The position numbers were made by a program, and so were the translations under genes. The notes below the pieces were generated by a model. The model had not been told where the DNA came from and made no database searches. It saw only the letters and a program-made list of their open reading frames with translations. DNA of 64,000 bases. Origin: Laetmonice hystrix (lineage: Eukaryota). Positions 38,801 through 52,547 of this stretch are shown piece by piece; position 1 is the stretch's first letter, and every line of letters starts with the position of its first letter. The DNA is taken from contig OZ249436.1 in the NCBI GenBank assembly GCA_965235115.1, positions 35,962,001 through 36,026,000 on the forward strand, read 5' to 3'.

Positions 38801-41800
38801 TCAGTCGCTAATGATGATAATGAATAAAAAATAAAAATGCTGTTCATTTTGCTCATAACGAGACACCCCCTCCATTAAGAGAACCCTTGTTTGGTTGTAT
38901 TAGAATGTAAAACAACCCATGATAGGATATGTAGTGTAAAAGGATTGCAGTTGTCGGTGTTGACACTTCTACACACACCCATATCCGCACGACCCATATA
39001 CCAAATCTCGGCGATTTCTGCCCTATTGATTCCGGGTGTTGATTTCCTAATCCCACGGATTATTCGGAGGGTTTATGTCATGCGGCTGAAGTAACTGGAA
39101 CCTTGAGCAATCATCTTGACGCGGATCTCATTTCCTTCAGTCTGTTTGGCTGTGTGGAGAGTCCAGGGTCACTGCGAGAAGGAGAGAGAGAGTCGAACAG
39201 TCAGGAGGCTGCCGTGTATTTGAGATCAGCCACATGTACATACGCGGAAACTCACCGACCACGCTGGTATTTTATCTGGTATATTCGGCACGGTAGCTTA
39301 CACCATGCAGACATATTGTCGACCAGAAATCTACCAGAAACCATCCACCATACCGGTATAGGACGATGGGTTGTGTGAGGGTATAACTATACTAGACTCT
39401 ATAGCCGGTATAACTAACCCTCATTTCTTATCTACTGCTCTGCCCAACCTTTCTACTGAGGTATATAACAGAGTTTTTCCCAACATTCCTTTGAAAGAAT
39501 ATATATAACAATATTTAAATATACTTCAGATGGGTTCCCGTTTTTTGGTTAATTAACCTATCTCCCTCCACTATGCTATACATGTCTGTGTACGTAGACT
39601 ATACTCACCAAGTACTGGTGTACTCTAGTTCAAGTAGATCAAGCCAAGCTGCACTCAGGAAGGTGTTGGCCTGTGTAACTGAACTAGCCGTGTTACAGTG
39701 TATTACTGTTGCGAGTTTCTGACTCTGAACTCCGTTATGAACCCTGGGATCTGACCGGGAGCTCTGCCCACCAGGGATGAGGGTGAGGTAGGATGGTGGC
39801 CGGGGGCCGTACACGCTGCAGCATGTCCCCGCCACCTACATCCTTCACTGAGCTCACCTCCCAGGTAACTTCATCCCTACCCGGCCCTCACCGTCACACT
39901 GTGGTGGTGGGTGGTACATGTATACGTCAACACCGCGTCCATCTTCACAGTTCGGACGGCAGTGCTGGACGGTAGATGGGCCCCAGGTAGGGTACCAGTA
40001 GTGCTGGACAGTAAACGGGCCCCAGGTAGAGTACCAGTAGTGTTGGACAGTGGATGGGCCCCAGGTAGAGTACCAGTAGTGCTGGACAGTAAACGGGCCC
40101 CAGGTAGAGTACCAGTAGTGTTGGACAGTGGACGGGCCCCAGGTAGAGTACCAGTAGTGTTGGACAGTAAACGGGCCCCAGGTAGGGTACCAGTAGTGCT
40201 GGACAGTAAACGGGCCCCAGGTAGAGTACCAGTAGTGTTGGACAGTGGATGGGCCCCAGGTAGAGTACCAGTAGTGCTGGACAGTAAACGGGCTCCAGGT
40301 AGAGTACCAGTAGTGTTGGACAGTGGATGGGCCCCAGGTAGAGTACCAGTAGTGCTGGACAGTAAACGGGCTCCAGGTAGAGTACCAGTAGTGTTGGACA
40401 GTGGACGGGCCCCAGGTAGAGTACCAGTAGTGTTGGACAGTGCACAGCCCCCAGGTAGAGTACCAGTAGTGCTGGACAGTGGATGGGCCCCAGGTAGAGT
40501 ACCAGTAGTGTTGGACAGTGGACGGGCCCCAGGTAGAGTACCAGTAGTGTTGGACAGTGGATGGGCCCCAGGTAGAGTACCAGTAGTGCTGGACAGTAAA
40601 CGGGCCCCAGGTAGAGTACCAGTAGTGCTGGACAGTGGATGGGCCCCAGGTAGAGTACCAGTAGTGCTGGACAGTGGATGGGCCCCAGGTAGAGTACCAG
40701 TAGTGCTGGACAGTAAACGGGCCCCAGGTAGAGTACCAGTAGTGTTGGACAGTGGATGGGCCCCAGGTAGAGTACCAGTAGTGCTGGACAGTGGATGGGC
40801 CCCAGGTAGAGTACCAGTAGTGTTGGACAGTGGACGGGCCCCAGGTAGAGTACCAGTAGTGCTGGACAGTGGATGGGCCCCAGGTAGAGTACCAGTAGTG
40901 TTGGACAGTGGACGGGCCCCAGGTAGAGTTCCAGTAGTGTTGGACAGTGGACGGGCCTCAGGTAGAGTACCCTATAGCGTGCTTACTGGTACCAACGTAC
41001 TGAACACCACCTTATAGTGTGTTTACTGAACGTACTGAACACCACTCAGTGATTCCTTCTATCTGAGCGGCGTGCGTCCCTCACCCAGGCTTCATCTCTG
41101 CCAGATTTACATTCACTCTCCCGCCTTCCTCGCATCTCCTATTTCTCTCGCTCTAACCAACTCAAATTTCAAACTATTTTAGTTTATCTTCAGATCAACA
41201 CCTGTGAATCAACGAAAAGATCGGAAAACAATCCATATTTAGTCTCAATTCCTACTTCCAACTCTACCTCTTGCACTTTGGAACGTCTTCCATTTTTTTC
41301 CGTTTTCTGACAAGGCAAATAATGAGAGCTGTTAACCTAATTAATACTTGTGAACGTTATAGTATCTGATACGGGCCTACCGTCGAATATCCAATGAGGC
41401 AAACCTGCCCACTGTGTATAGGCTTCACCGCAGTCTTTTCAATGTGCATAGAAAGCCCGCCGACCATGCATATAAAGGCCCATGTCTGAGAGTATTCGCA
41501 AACTCTATAAAACACGTCAACACTTAAATTGCCTTTACATGTTCTATGTGCAAGCATCTTTATCAGCGCTCTCCGATCCACCAGTATCGTAGGTTAAGCT
41601 GGATAACCTCTCTAGCTTTTGAAAATTAACCAAGAATCTAACTCTTCATCACATTTATTCCATCACAGGGTTTTCTGGAGGATTCCGCACTGGGGGGGGG
41701 GGGGGGGGGGCTTTCACGGTAGTTTAGGGATAGGGTTAACAAAAATACAGCCAGAAACGAGCCTGCAGGAAATCCTACCTCATATTTTCAAAGGATGTGC

Positions 41801-44800
41801 TGGATGTATATGTGCTATGACCAGTGCCGATACCATCATCACAGATTCCCTCACGTATACGGGTTACGTATACGCCACATGCGGCGCTCTCCAAGTACCG
41901 TTACGTCACGTACCGTAACGTTACAGGCGAGGGCCGTGTGCAACTTAACTATCCGCTAACATCACGTTTAGTCATCAACCATCAAGTGATGCACTGCCTT
42001 AATGCCTTTACGGCCTGGTGGTGAGAGGGAGGTAGTTCTAACAGAAGTGATGGCCGTCTAAAACAACGGATAACAAGACAATCACTGACAAACCAGTAAA
42101 CAAGGGACAAACTGCTGCCATTATTTCTTCAAATCGCGGAGTCTGACGAGTGGCCTACCATTAGGCGCAATTACTATAATGGGACGGGCCATGTTTTACA
42201 CTCTAATTGTTCATAACAATCGGTAGTTCTCTGTGGGAAATATTTTATTTAAAAGCCATAGCAAACTAAAGTTATGTTTAGCATACTCTTATAAACGTCA
42301 GAAAAATACAATTTACACGTTCAATGCAGTGAATTCCATTTTAATGCAGGTATTACTAACGTTAGCCAAGTACGCCAAAACAATTCCCAGACTCTTGCGG
42401 CGAACGGGAAACTTGTGGGTTTCGACGTGTCTTGAGGACAGGCTTATTCACTTTTAAGGAATTTGATCGATATTTCTCACTGTTGATGTTTGGAAAGGTT
42501 TTTACAAACATCAATAAGCCTGAATACCCGAAGGTACTCTCCCTTCACAAAACAAACACACGTACCACGCATTGATTGGTACGAGAGACAGATGTGTTGA
42601 TCGTCAATAGCCTTTCCTTGTAGAACGCACAACTATCGGTACAGTCGACACTCGGGTCACATATCGCAACAGTTCACGGGCACTGGACCGTTTTACCTTA
42701 TATGTTCCGACCCACGCGGCGAGACGAAACTGATAGATCTATGCTTCTACTCTAGGCCTATGGTTACATTACATCTCAAACCTTCCTCTTACATGACAGA
42801 TGTATGGAATTCTAAATAAATAGTATGTAAATTAACATGACTTGATTTTTAGATTTTTACTCTATGTCCCCAACAATTTCCATGTTTCAACTTAACCTGG
42901 TTTTCACATGGGTCTTTCCCCAATTATCCATTTTCTATACAAGGGATTTTCTTTCCCATGACCAATAAAGATTTCCAATACGTCTCATGGCTCGCCGAAT
43001 AAAATGCCTTGTGCAATCCCTCACTAACGAGAGAAAACCAAGCCTGGAGTGATGAGGCCTTTCATTTCCTGAACCACGGTAACAATGAATCACAATGACA
43101 CTGTGTAAATCTATGAAATCTCTGATGTGTTGATTCGTACAGCGTCAGAAATGGGCCGCTTGATTTTCTGTTCATTTGCATGTACTTCGCCAGCATTTCA
43201 GAGGCCCAGACGTAAATGTGACAGATATCGACTGGAAATCTAATTTGTGCACGGCTGCTTATCACCGGCCGACGTCCGGCTGTAGTGAGATCGGTCATTG
43301 ACTGGACAAGTGTCTTTGTCGACAAGCCAGGCCCGGGAAACTCGACCGACTGCGGAGTAGGTTTGGGTAGCAATGCGGTCTACTTCCGCCAGATCCACCA
43401 GACTGAGACGTTGTATCTGAGAGGGGGCCAAACAAAGGCAAGCTTCCGCACTGGCCCAGGAAGTCTGAATTGTAACTGCTGAAAGGACTTCACTTTCTAA
43501 ACAATAACGGAGGATGTGTGTCAAATATATTTTGACGGCACATGCCATGCCATGTAATGAGTGCCTACCCTCTGGAACACAACTAAGGTCTCAAATCAAT
43601 CTCCAACAATCTCATAAAGGAATGCTTGTCTTAAATTGAAGTATTGAACCTGGATTTACCGCAGTAATACGATTTACTCCCTTCTCTGTTCTTCAGCTGA
43701 AAGAGAAGTACAAGCAGAGATGGTGAGAGGATCATCAGGATTCTGGATTGTGACCATCTGGTTCAGCCGGAAACATCGGGACACTCCGCTAGAATTGACT
43801 TTGCATGAAGCGACTCGGCAATCACCCCAACTTACCGTATTCCGTGCCGCTACGGACCCGCCGCATCCAAACCAATACCTCATTACCACAACCCGCCATC
43901 CAACCTTTCAACCATTTCCAACAGTAGTTCCTGGAGCTTCCCTTTGTCTACCCCGCCCACAAACATAATCACAAGCTTTTTAAACTAATATACCCTGGGA
44001 AGAACAATGTCAAATCCACTAAGACCCAGGACTGGGGCAAATGCACTTTTTAGAATATCTTTCTCCTCCCTCTGCCAAACAGCCTTGAATTCCACCTAGA
44101 TCACTGGACAGGTCTTAGTGCTGACAACAATGTGTCACTGTGACTGTCGTACGGCCGCAGGGGTACAGAACAGATCCATTCGTCGTGGCTCCCAATGGTA
44201 CTTTCTACTTTGATGACTGGTGTGACCAACGGGCCTCGATCCCAGATGGTAGAACATTTCGTAAAACCGTGGCACTAATGGAAAGCCTCCGGTTACACCG
44301 GCCTTTCTATGGAAACCCTCTTTTTATATATACTGAGCGTAGATCTATACTTCAACATCAAAAAAGGAAGAAAGAAATTTATAAAAATAACTTAGAAAAA
44401 TGGTAAATCTATATATGTACCGGTACTTACAGGTATTTCTACGATAATGTTCAAATGGTATGGAAGCAGCATAGATGGGAACAAAGTACAATTTTCAAGA
44501 CCGTTCTGCCTTTATAATAGAAGGTGAAACTTCTTTCCCACTGGGGAAAAATCTAGAAACATTTCCTAATTGTCTTCTTTTATTATGCTACCATACCCTT
44601 TGAACCTAAAATACTTTTTCTGCTTTTATTCAACACAGAACAAGTCCTAAAGCCTTGCTTTGAAGGTTTTTGGTCAATTTCCTGCCAGTCTACTTCACAA
44701 GATTACTCAATAACCATGTTAACCCATGTATTGGTCTTGCTCACTCCTGCGTCGCCAGTCACTGAAGAGGTGTTTCTGGTGGTGGAGTAGTGACAGGTTT

Positions 44801-47800
44801 CTGAGAATTGCACCTCGAGGGATTACAAGTTTCTCAACCAGTCTCCACTGAACACAGTCTGTCGGCAAAATGTCGATTTGGTTCCAGTCTCCATACACGA
44901 TAGCCAGAAAGAAATCGAAACTGAAATCTCAAATTCTTTTACCACGACTGAATGACAATCCGTAAATGGACAACTCAGTGGTTGCGCGTGTGGTCTTTGA
45001 GTCAGTTTGTAACTAGAATTACGAACCATGTACATTTGATCTCATTGTGCCACATTTCATACTATAGCCCTATCAATGTCACTACCGCAATAGTCCAAGC
45101 CTTTAATTTTGAAGTCGCTATGACCATTAAGGGTAGGATGAATGCGACTGCTGTCCCGGTCACTGACACTATACCGTTATCAGCGCCGGTCAAGCCGTCC
45201 GTCAGTGGTCACCAGCTTCCTCCTTGAAGCCTGACGGGCAGTGAGAGGACTGACCATTCTGTCTGATGTGACCTGGTGCCCTTTCTGACAAAGGTCAGCC
45301 TCTGTAAGCCCTCCCCTAGGACCTCTTACTGCATGCCACCAATTGACCATCAGTCGACAGCATCTTGTCTCTTCTCTGCAGGAACATTTCCGGTTTCCGG
45401 GTTACAGATCCTCGTCCTTGCTCAAGTTGCTGTCATTACTCCGAGTTATCACCATTGTTTGTGCATGTTTCGCGGCAGCTACCATTCAGTGATTCGTGCC
45501 CAAATGGACAAAAAATAAATCGTAGAGGCACTGTTACAAACCCCTGTGTCATTGTGCATGGGCTCTCGTGTCAGCAATCGGTAGCTTTGAGGGGCCACAG
45601 ACGGTATTCTGATGAGAGTCCGGTGTAAAGCAAATCTTTGATCTGTTCATGAAATTGATCGTTGGGAGGACTGATATTCCATAGGCTCTTGGGGGGAAAT
45701 CAAGATGTTGATGGTTGGGGTAACCCGCCACCCCCTACAGAAGAAACCGTCAATAGTCATTTACCATGGGGTTGAAGAACACCAGGCCACAAATTTAATA
45801 CTGCTGGAGTTTGGCTAGCTGAGATCTTACGGTGCATGACTGGACTACTATATCAGTCAAATTAACCGGGCTTCAATCATCCATTGTGTTATTGAATTTC
45901 ACTTCTTGTTTGTTTTGCGAGACGACAGGGATGGATTACACTGTTAATTTTTATTACATTCTTAATGGGTGTTTTTCGGGGGAGAATAACTCAATATTGC
46001 GTGCTCCGCTGTCATTCCAAACGTTTCTGCTGACTGTGTGAAGCGATGTGTCATCAAAATTGTTTGATGGACTACAAAAGTCATCTTGGTTGACATGAGG
46101 AATCAGACCTACTCATGCAAACAACCGTCTGAAAACACACCACAGTTCCCCGATTTGAGCTCAGTGTAACTATTTATTTGACAAAAATTAATCAGCTTCC
46201 ATTGTTTTCACTATGGAATCACTGGCTGGAAATCTTCCTTGGCAGAAAGGAGACTGTGATTTAGCCTGTCGAAAATTTGCCTATGACGCAGTTTCTGTAC
46301 ACAGTCTGATTAGCGCAATTTTCATGCTCATCATTATATAGCGTCCAGCATCTAGGACATTTGACAATTTTTCCAGTTCAGGCAGATAATTGAAATTTCT
46401 GACCAAACTTCCAGTGCTGACCAGACAGAGTCTAACAGAGAATAGATTTATGCTTGATGGCTTGTCACAAAATGTCACATCTCAAAATTTCATAATTGTC
46501 ACATAAACAGTCTCAATTGTCACATAACTTTTTGCACAGAATGTCACATCAGTTTTGCTCTTGTCACATTTGATTGGCATAGATTCACGCATTCGCGACC
46601 AGTGATACTCACAGAAAGGATCATTTGGTCAGGTCTGCTTGATGAAAAACGGAATCCCCACTAAAAGGCAACATCAGATCACTCTGTGTAAATTTTACAC
46701 TGAAGACTAGAAAGTAAAAAAGAAAAATCAGAAAAAAAGTGAATGATTGCCCAAACTGCCTCTGCAATATACCAAAGACCATTGAACTATCAATTCTATG
46801 ATCAAGAAAAGTTCTTTAATGTCACATCTCCTTTATGGTCATTTTGTCACATTTTGTCACAAAATGTCACAGATTTTGGGGGGAATGAAATTTTGTCACA
46901 GAATGTCACTATGTCACAGGCGATGTATACAGCCAGTATATTGCCGATAAAACCAAAGTCCGATATCATCTGATCCGCTGTACTTTATGAGGCTATTCAT
47001 CGGGCCGCGCGTCCTGTGAACAATCAACCGACCTGAATCTGAATTATAGAAGCAGTTCCTACCGCCTCGCGCGTCTATAACAGATATCGGTCAACTTAAG
47101 CCATCTGGCGGCCGTTAGATGAACCTCGTTACGACCGGCCGCTGGTAGGCACTCTGTGAATCCTTCCAAGGTCATCGTACACATCCGGCGTGTCAACGAA
47201 ACTTTCCGTCTTAATGCACGTTACCCGTCTGGTGCACGTCACTGTGATACAAACCTCATACTTACTGCACCCGAATTTTGAGAGCAAACTTCGAGTAAGG
47301 TAGGGGCACTTACATTTGAGCAGCCACTTGCATTACAATAGATAAACTCAACTCTGGCACGACTTACCACTGGCGCCCGAAGACATACATGGTATGTGGG
47401 TGCGTGGGTGTCGGGGGGGGGGGGGGGGCGGTCAGAGAAGCCACTATAGGAAGGGGAGCAGGGCGGAAAATAGTCACTCTTACAGCATCAGCTGGGGTAG
47501 AACCCCCCCCCCCAACGCACTTGATGCTGGAGGGGGGGGGGGGGGCATCGGAGGCCTCTTGCTCGCCGGGTTCCGGTGAAATATATAATATATTAGTAAA
47601 ACCAATTAAGCTGGTTTGTGCTGACAACATTGTGTTGGTGACAGTAATCGGGGATAGGCCGTGTGAGATGACGAATGTATCGGAGGAGATCATTAACGGG
47701 ATACACCATTCACCGACACCATGCACCATATCTGAGGAAGACCGTGTTAAGCCGTGTTTCCATGTGTGCGTTTCCGTTTTCCGATTCCGTTTCCGTTATC

Positions 47801-49622
47801 CGTTTCCGATTCGATCGTTTATGCCTATTTCCTACGAGAGTGTTTCCATGTGCGCGTTTCATTCAAATTGGACTACAAACCGCGCACATGGAAACGCTCT
47901 CATAGAAAATAGGCATAAACGAACGAATCGGAAACGGACAACGGAAACGGATAACGGAAACGGAAAACGTAATGGGAAAACGGAAACGCACACATGGAAA
48001 CACGGCTTTAGAGGAACAGAGCCTCGTAAGGATGCGGGTGAGGTTTTGGGCGTGGTTTTGGGTGAGGTTGCAGGTGTGGTTTCGGGTGAGGTTCCGGCTG
48101 AGGTTGACTCGTGGGTGTGGTTTCGGGTGTGGTTTTGGGTGTGGTTTTGGGTGTGGTTTTGGGTGTGGTTTTGGGTGAGGTTGCAGGTGTGGTTTCGGGT
48201 GAGGTTCTGGGTGAGGTTGGGTTGTGTTGAGTCAGGTGACAACCACATTCCCAGTAGATCACATTAACCTCACGCAGAGCGTGGCGAGTGAGTCGGGTCA
48301 GACTTGTTGAGTCCCTAGAGTCACGATAAACTCGCACCAGGTCTGCTCTGGCCCGACCACAGAACGGCCTTCGACTGTGACAACATGACGTACGTATCGA
48401 TTCGTCTGTAGCCACAGGTAAGTGCTCCGTGTAAATTTTGTTTTTTTGCCAGCTCACAAAAGTCTAAGTTTAATATATATGTATAAGTCATGTGTTGCTG
48501 GCTCTGCCTACATCCTACACAGGTCACGTTAGGCAATGACATTACAATGATAACTGTAATATGTTTGATTTCAATTTGGTTGAAATGTGGGAGAGAAAAA
48601 CGGCTTCTAGTCTTTCCTCTATATCCCGGACAAAAATTGAAATTAGTATTTCTGGTAGGCATGGGACTTGATTGCGCTTCTATTCATTGTCGGCTTGGCA
48701 AGTCTGGAAGCAAACAATCTGGTATCAAATAGAGGTCGTGGTACCTTCCCAGTCGTAAAGCAGAGTAAAGAGTTAATTTTCTGCACCGGAAATTGATGCA
48801 GAAAATGTCCCCTCCCTGCCACAGGATATATTGATGAGATCCACATTCACACTAGCATGCTGTGTGTTACTGAAAACACCAGGCATCAGTCGGCCATTTG
48901 GCTCACAGTATTCCCACGCTGTTGTTTCCTCCCCCCCCCCCATAACGCTCTTCATGGAGACTGGCACACCTACTATTCACATCACCACTTCTAGCAATTA
49001 TACGTAGCCGTGCCAGGACGTGCTATCATATACCTCTCCGTGTTCAAACCTGTGTGTGTCCACAGGTGTCTCATTGACAGGACTCGGCCTACGTTGTAGG
49101 TCCTCAATAGACCTATAGTGACCACAGAGTGTGACTTGTTATCAAAGTCATGATGGCATCTTATATGGGAAACCTGTCACACAAAGGACGGGGCTCACTG
49201 TCCGTGCATTACCTGTGAAAACAAACCTTGTCGGCTGAATAGTCGTCAGATGGATAGAGTATGTTTCCTTCAGTGAATGTATTCCTTTCTGGGCATTTGT
49301 AAAATGCTAGCCTAACTAGATTTTGCCTAAGAACATTCTGAAATGATGCCATGATGTTTAAGAGGCAGTTTCCCTCCCTCCATTCGCATGCATTTCGGAG
49401 TTTGGTGCAGAAAGTACGGTGATGTCTATAAAGTTAAGGGTGGCATAAGTTGGATTGATGCATTATGTTAGGATAAGGTTGTATGAACCGGTGCCTTACC
49501 TTATTGGACTGGTTGAGATCAAAGTTGGTGGCAGACTCCAGGAGTTCCTTGATGCCATCGAGATTGCCTTCATCTGTTGCACACAACAGTGCGGTTAAGA
49601 CAAAGTTTTCCTCCTCCTCTTC
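23804..49622 (-). CDS. DAPK1: Death-associated protein kinase 1, 3' portion (ankyrin repeats, ROC, COR, death domain, tail); about 1058 aa visible, 5' incomplete
   Basis: Exons 49622-49500, 36766-36668, 34314-34216, 33941-33843, 31530-31429, 30816-30718, 30535-30437, 30005-29907, 29752-29654, 29283-29206, 27661-27469, 27246-27136, 26799-26605, 26066-25807, 25487-25299, 25036-23804; all GT-AG and phase-consistent (3177 nt). Ankyrin exons such as HGDSAIYWAARQG and HVAARYGH; ROC P-loop KLFGHSGVGKTTLVDSLKCG, WDFSG and VVLVATHAD; death domain LDPPDPMGRDWCMLA; tail TLSSVSR resembles the DAPK1 C-terminus. Confidence 0.95.
28871..29055. mobile_element. Degenerate foldback MITE in a DAPK1 intron
   Basis: Starts ccagggcccggtttt (same terminus as the 17231 element) and ends aaaaccagggccagg. 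Internal inverted symmetry (tcttaaga repeats; attgg/ccaat). Confidence 0.5.
33450..33680 (-). mobile_element. tRNA-derived SINE
   Basis: The minus strand shows an A-box-like start, a B-box GTGGGTTCGAATCCC (about 33584-33598) and a central block GGGTTTATCCCGGATACTCTGGTTTCCTCCAC typical of conserved-core metazoan SINEs. Confidence 0.7.
35283..36103. repeat. G-rich minisatellite (27-39 bp units, core gcgcagtggtaccggagggtggggg) with a 270-bp higher-order duplication
   Basis: Directly visible. Variant units (ggacgccgt, gcagtagtacc) recur at 270-bp spacing. Confidence 0.95.
38100..38640 (-). mobile_element. Decayed Tc1/mariner transposase fragment
   Basis: Frameshifted minus-strand translation gives FFNDGRV, NMNHQDYIDILEQNLLQS, FIFQQDKAPAHRAQRVEEWF and SLYSSMPRRVEVV, hallmark Tc1 DD34E motifs. 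The SPDLNPIE block is deleted. Confidence 0.8.
39960..40971. repeat. 39-bp tandem minisatellite, about 26 copies
   Basis: Unit ccccaggtagagtaccagtagtgYtggacagt(aaac/ggat/ggac)ggg. Confidence 0.95.
47750..48007. mobile_element. PIF/Harbinger (Tourist-like) MITE, near-perfect foldback
   Basis: agccgtgtttccatgtgtgcgtttccgtttt...aaaacggaaacgcacacatggaaacacggct with an exact TTA duplication (47747-47749 and 48008-48010). Confidence 0.85.
48036..48221. repeat. 12-bp minisatellite (gggtgtggtttt / gggtgaggtt variants)
   Basis: Directly visible tandem units. Confidence 0.85.
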
Positions 49623-52547
49623 CTGCAAAATAGTAAAATCAAACCAATATAATTGAATCAAATACGTTGCCATAGTAATATAATAATATTGATGTCACAC
49701 GGCATGAAATGGTTCCAAGTCATGGATGATATAAATACCTCTTTCCATATACTTCTAGCACTAGCGGTAACCGGCACTATTCAATAGAGACGGTAGCACG
49801 TACAAGTGCACACCCCTAGGTCCCATTTATACCAAGTGTTTCTTTAGGAAACTCAAACTCTAAAGCTCATGCACAAGGCCAACAGTTGGCACCATTCGCC
49901 CCCTCCTATAAGAAGAAGCAAGAAGGTTGTAATATTCCTGCTCTTTCCGACAATACTTTACCGGCCACTGACATTGACGCCGTAATAATTCCCAGAATAT
50001 AGTTCACGTTTTGACCTTTCTTCTACCAAAGACGTAATTAAATCGCGACGTGTTGTGATTCCCCAAATAAGCCTTTGATACCCAATCAAATGACTTAACG
50101 CCAGCCCCTATAATCGGCTCTTTCTCTGCAGTACTTAGCGACTTGTCAAAACAAACGCTCTATAAATGTCACCGGACTGACACGACTCTGGCAGATAGAA
50201 AACACCTCTGTATAAAGAAATGGTGTCTGCCTCAAAGCAGTCTTGTCTGATATCCTATATATTGAATGAATTATGAACTATAATTTGCCTCCAGTTTAAC
50301 GAAATCACAATGGTCAAGAGCTCACACAAGATTATAGTCATCGCATAGTCATTGACTTCAACATAGATGCAGTATTTAACTTTAGGTGTTGAATTAACTG
50401 AGTCAGAATTTAAAAAGCAGCTGCATATAACTTCTGCCATGATCCACTGTCCCCTTGCAATAGTTTTGTCCAACTCCAATCCGCAAATAAAAATGATACC
50501 TATAATTTTCGTGTTAACCGCTTGTACCCTTCTTTAATAAATCTTAATTAAAAGCAACGAGATGTCCCAAGCCGTATGTTACCTTATCATGTAAATTGAC
50601 ATTGTGACATTATGTCTCTGAAACAAACCGTTCAAAAACGGCAGATTAGATCATCGACTTAAGGCACTGACCTAGGCGTGTCGATTTTATCTGATCAAAG
50701 CAGAGAGATTGGCCACAGAAAGCTCGTGATAATTGAGACCTCAATCTGACTAAAGTGTTGCCAAATGGCATGGTGTATCTACTTGCTATAACTGGCAGTT
50801 CCAGTGCCAAAACCAAACTGATAACCACGACCAATCCGATTCCTTCAATCCTCATCAAAATCGTCTAAAATGATGCAGTAATGTCGGAAGCAAATTTTTG
50901 ACGGTGGGGGGGGGGGGGGGGGGTGCAACTAGGCCCGGTTCCAAGTTTTAGGTTGTGTGCGTGGCTGCGGTAAAATTGACAAAATTTCTCTAGGCCCACT
51001 GAGACATGAATAGTGGGGAGGGGGGGGGGGGCTGTGGCCCTCTCCCTCCGCTTCCGACAACACTGTGATGTCCACATCATACAGTAGGTTGATGACACAT
51101 TATTAAGGACTAACACACGAATGAACGAACATACTATATATGGATCCACGCTAGACGCAAATTCCTGGCAATGTAACAAGTTGTGGATCACTGAGAGTAA
51201 ACTTCTTTTTAAAAATATGTCACCATCTCAATACCATCTGAACATTACCATATATGGATTGTGTATTATTCCACACTGGAAACCCAGCAACCACAAAAAT
51301 TTTGTAACAAGTTGAAAACAGTACTTCAGTTCATATTTCCAACTTAGAAAACAACCCTGATAAGGACTCTTAACCGAGTCGAATTGTTAAAAATAAAACG
51401 TTTAACAACCTCACCACTACTAGGTCTTCTTCCTGAGTTAGGTAGCTTCAAACCCTTCAGTTTTTTTCCACTCATTCTGGATTACTGACTGAATCGAGCC
51501 TGATCCTCTAGAACGACATGCCACCATGAAACACGATATTCATGCCAGACCAACGTCTTACACAGAAGTTCAATAAATTATTGAAAATTAAACCTAGATA
51601 TAATACAATAATCATATTAATCTTCCAGCGGTCGGATAGGAATGGATGGAGAATTCAAACAGAGACCAGAATGATAACAAGCGAAAGCTGTGGCCACAAG
51701 ATTACAATGAAAGCAATAACTGAGATGAGCCTCAGGCTTCTGTGTCTGTCTGGCAACAATTGTTGTCAAACCATGACAAGGTCCCCGCTTGTTTCCCTGC
51801 AGCAAGAAAATGTTTAATAATTGAAGGAAAATTCTTATCAATGGCGTCTACAATAATGACCTAGAATTTCTTTATTCTCACTTCTACTAGTTACAAGCAA
51901 ATGATGTCTGTCGTAGTGTCACTCTGATTTATGTGTCTTGGAAATGTGATTAAGGAGACCTTGCACCAATGCATCAATTATTCATCTGAATTAATCGTGG
52001 CACATGCAGAGTCATTCTTGCATGTTATGATCAGGGTTAGGTAAGACAAATGGCAAACAATGGTGACCACACATTCGCTAACAGTAGAGCGTCAATTGGT
52101 AATAAATTTGAAATGTGAAGAATACCGGTAGATAAGAGACATTTATTTCATATATTGTGAAATTTACAGATTGCCATTCCATTATAGTGGGGGGAGGGGG
52201 TCCTTAATGTAGAGGTAGCTACCTTTATTTGAGCGGATATTGTACGAAATTACTCTGGACTTACGTCAATTCAGAGGTATTCAGTGTAATCAAAAATTCT
52301 TAACAAAAATATCTGAGCAATCACAAACAAGCCAGTGTTTTAAGGTGGCTGACAAGCTAAATACTTTATGTCAAAGACTGGAGCAACAAGGAGCATCCTG
52401 TACAATAATATGAATGAGAAAACCTGTCAGTAAATCAATACAGGTAATCCGAATGGAGGTTGTATAGTCGGTGTAATAAACCGATCCGAGAACCCTTGTC
52501 ATTGGGTTACAAGGACAAACATCCTGTCCTCTTTAATCAGTATCAGG

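Noticed and set aside
39380..39414. Third possible footprint (GGTATAAC direct repeat around a short imperfect palindrome)
   Set aside because: Lacks CATAG ends and the duplication is not flush with the palindrome.
39911..41017. 368-aa repetitive ORF
   Set aside because: Translation of a 39-bp tandem repeat, with no unique domain or gene context.
47389..48267. 292-aa ORF
   Set aside because: Runs across poly-G repeats, a foldback MITE and a 12-bp minisatellite.
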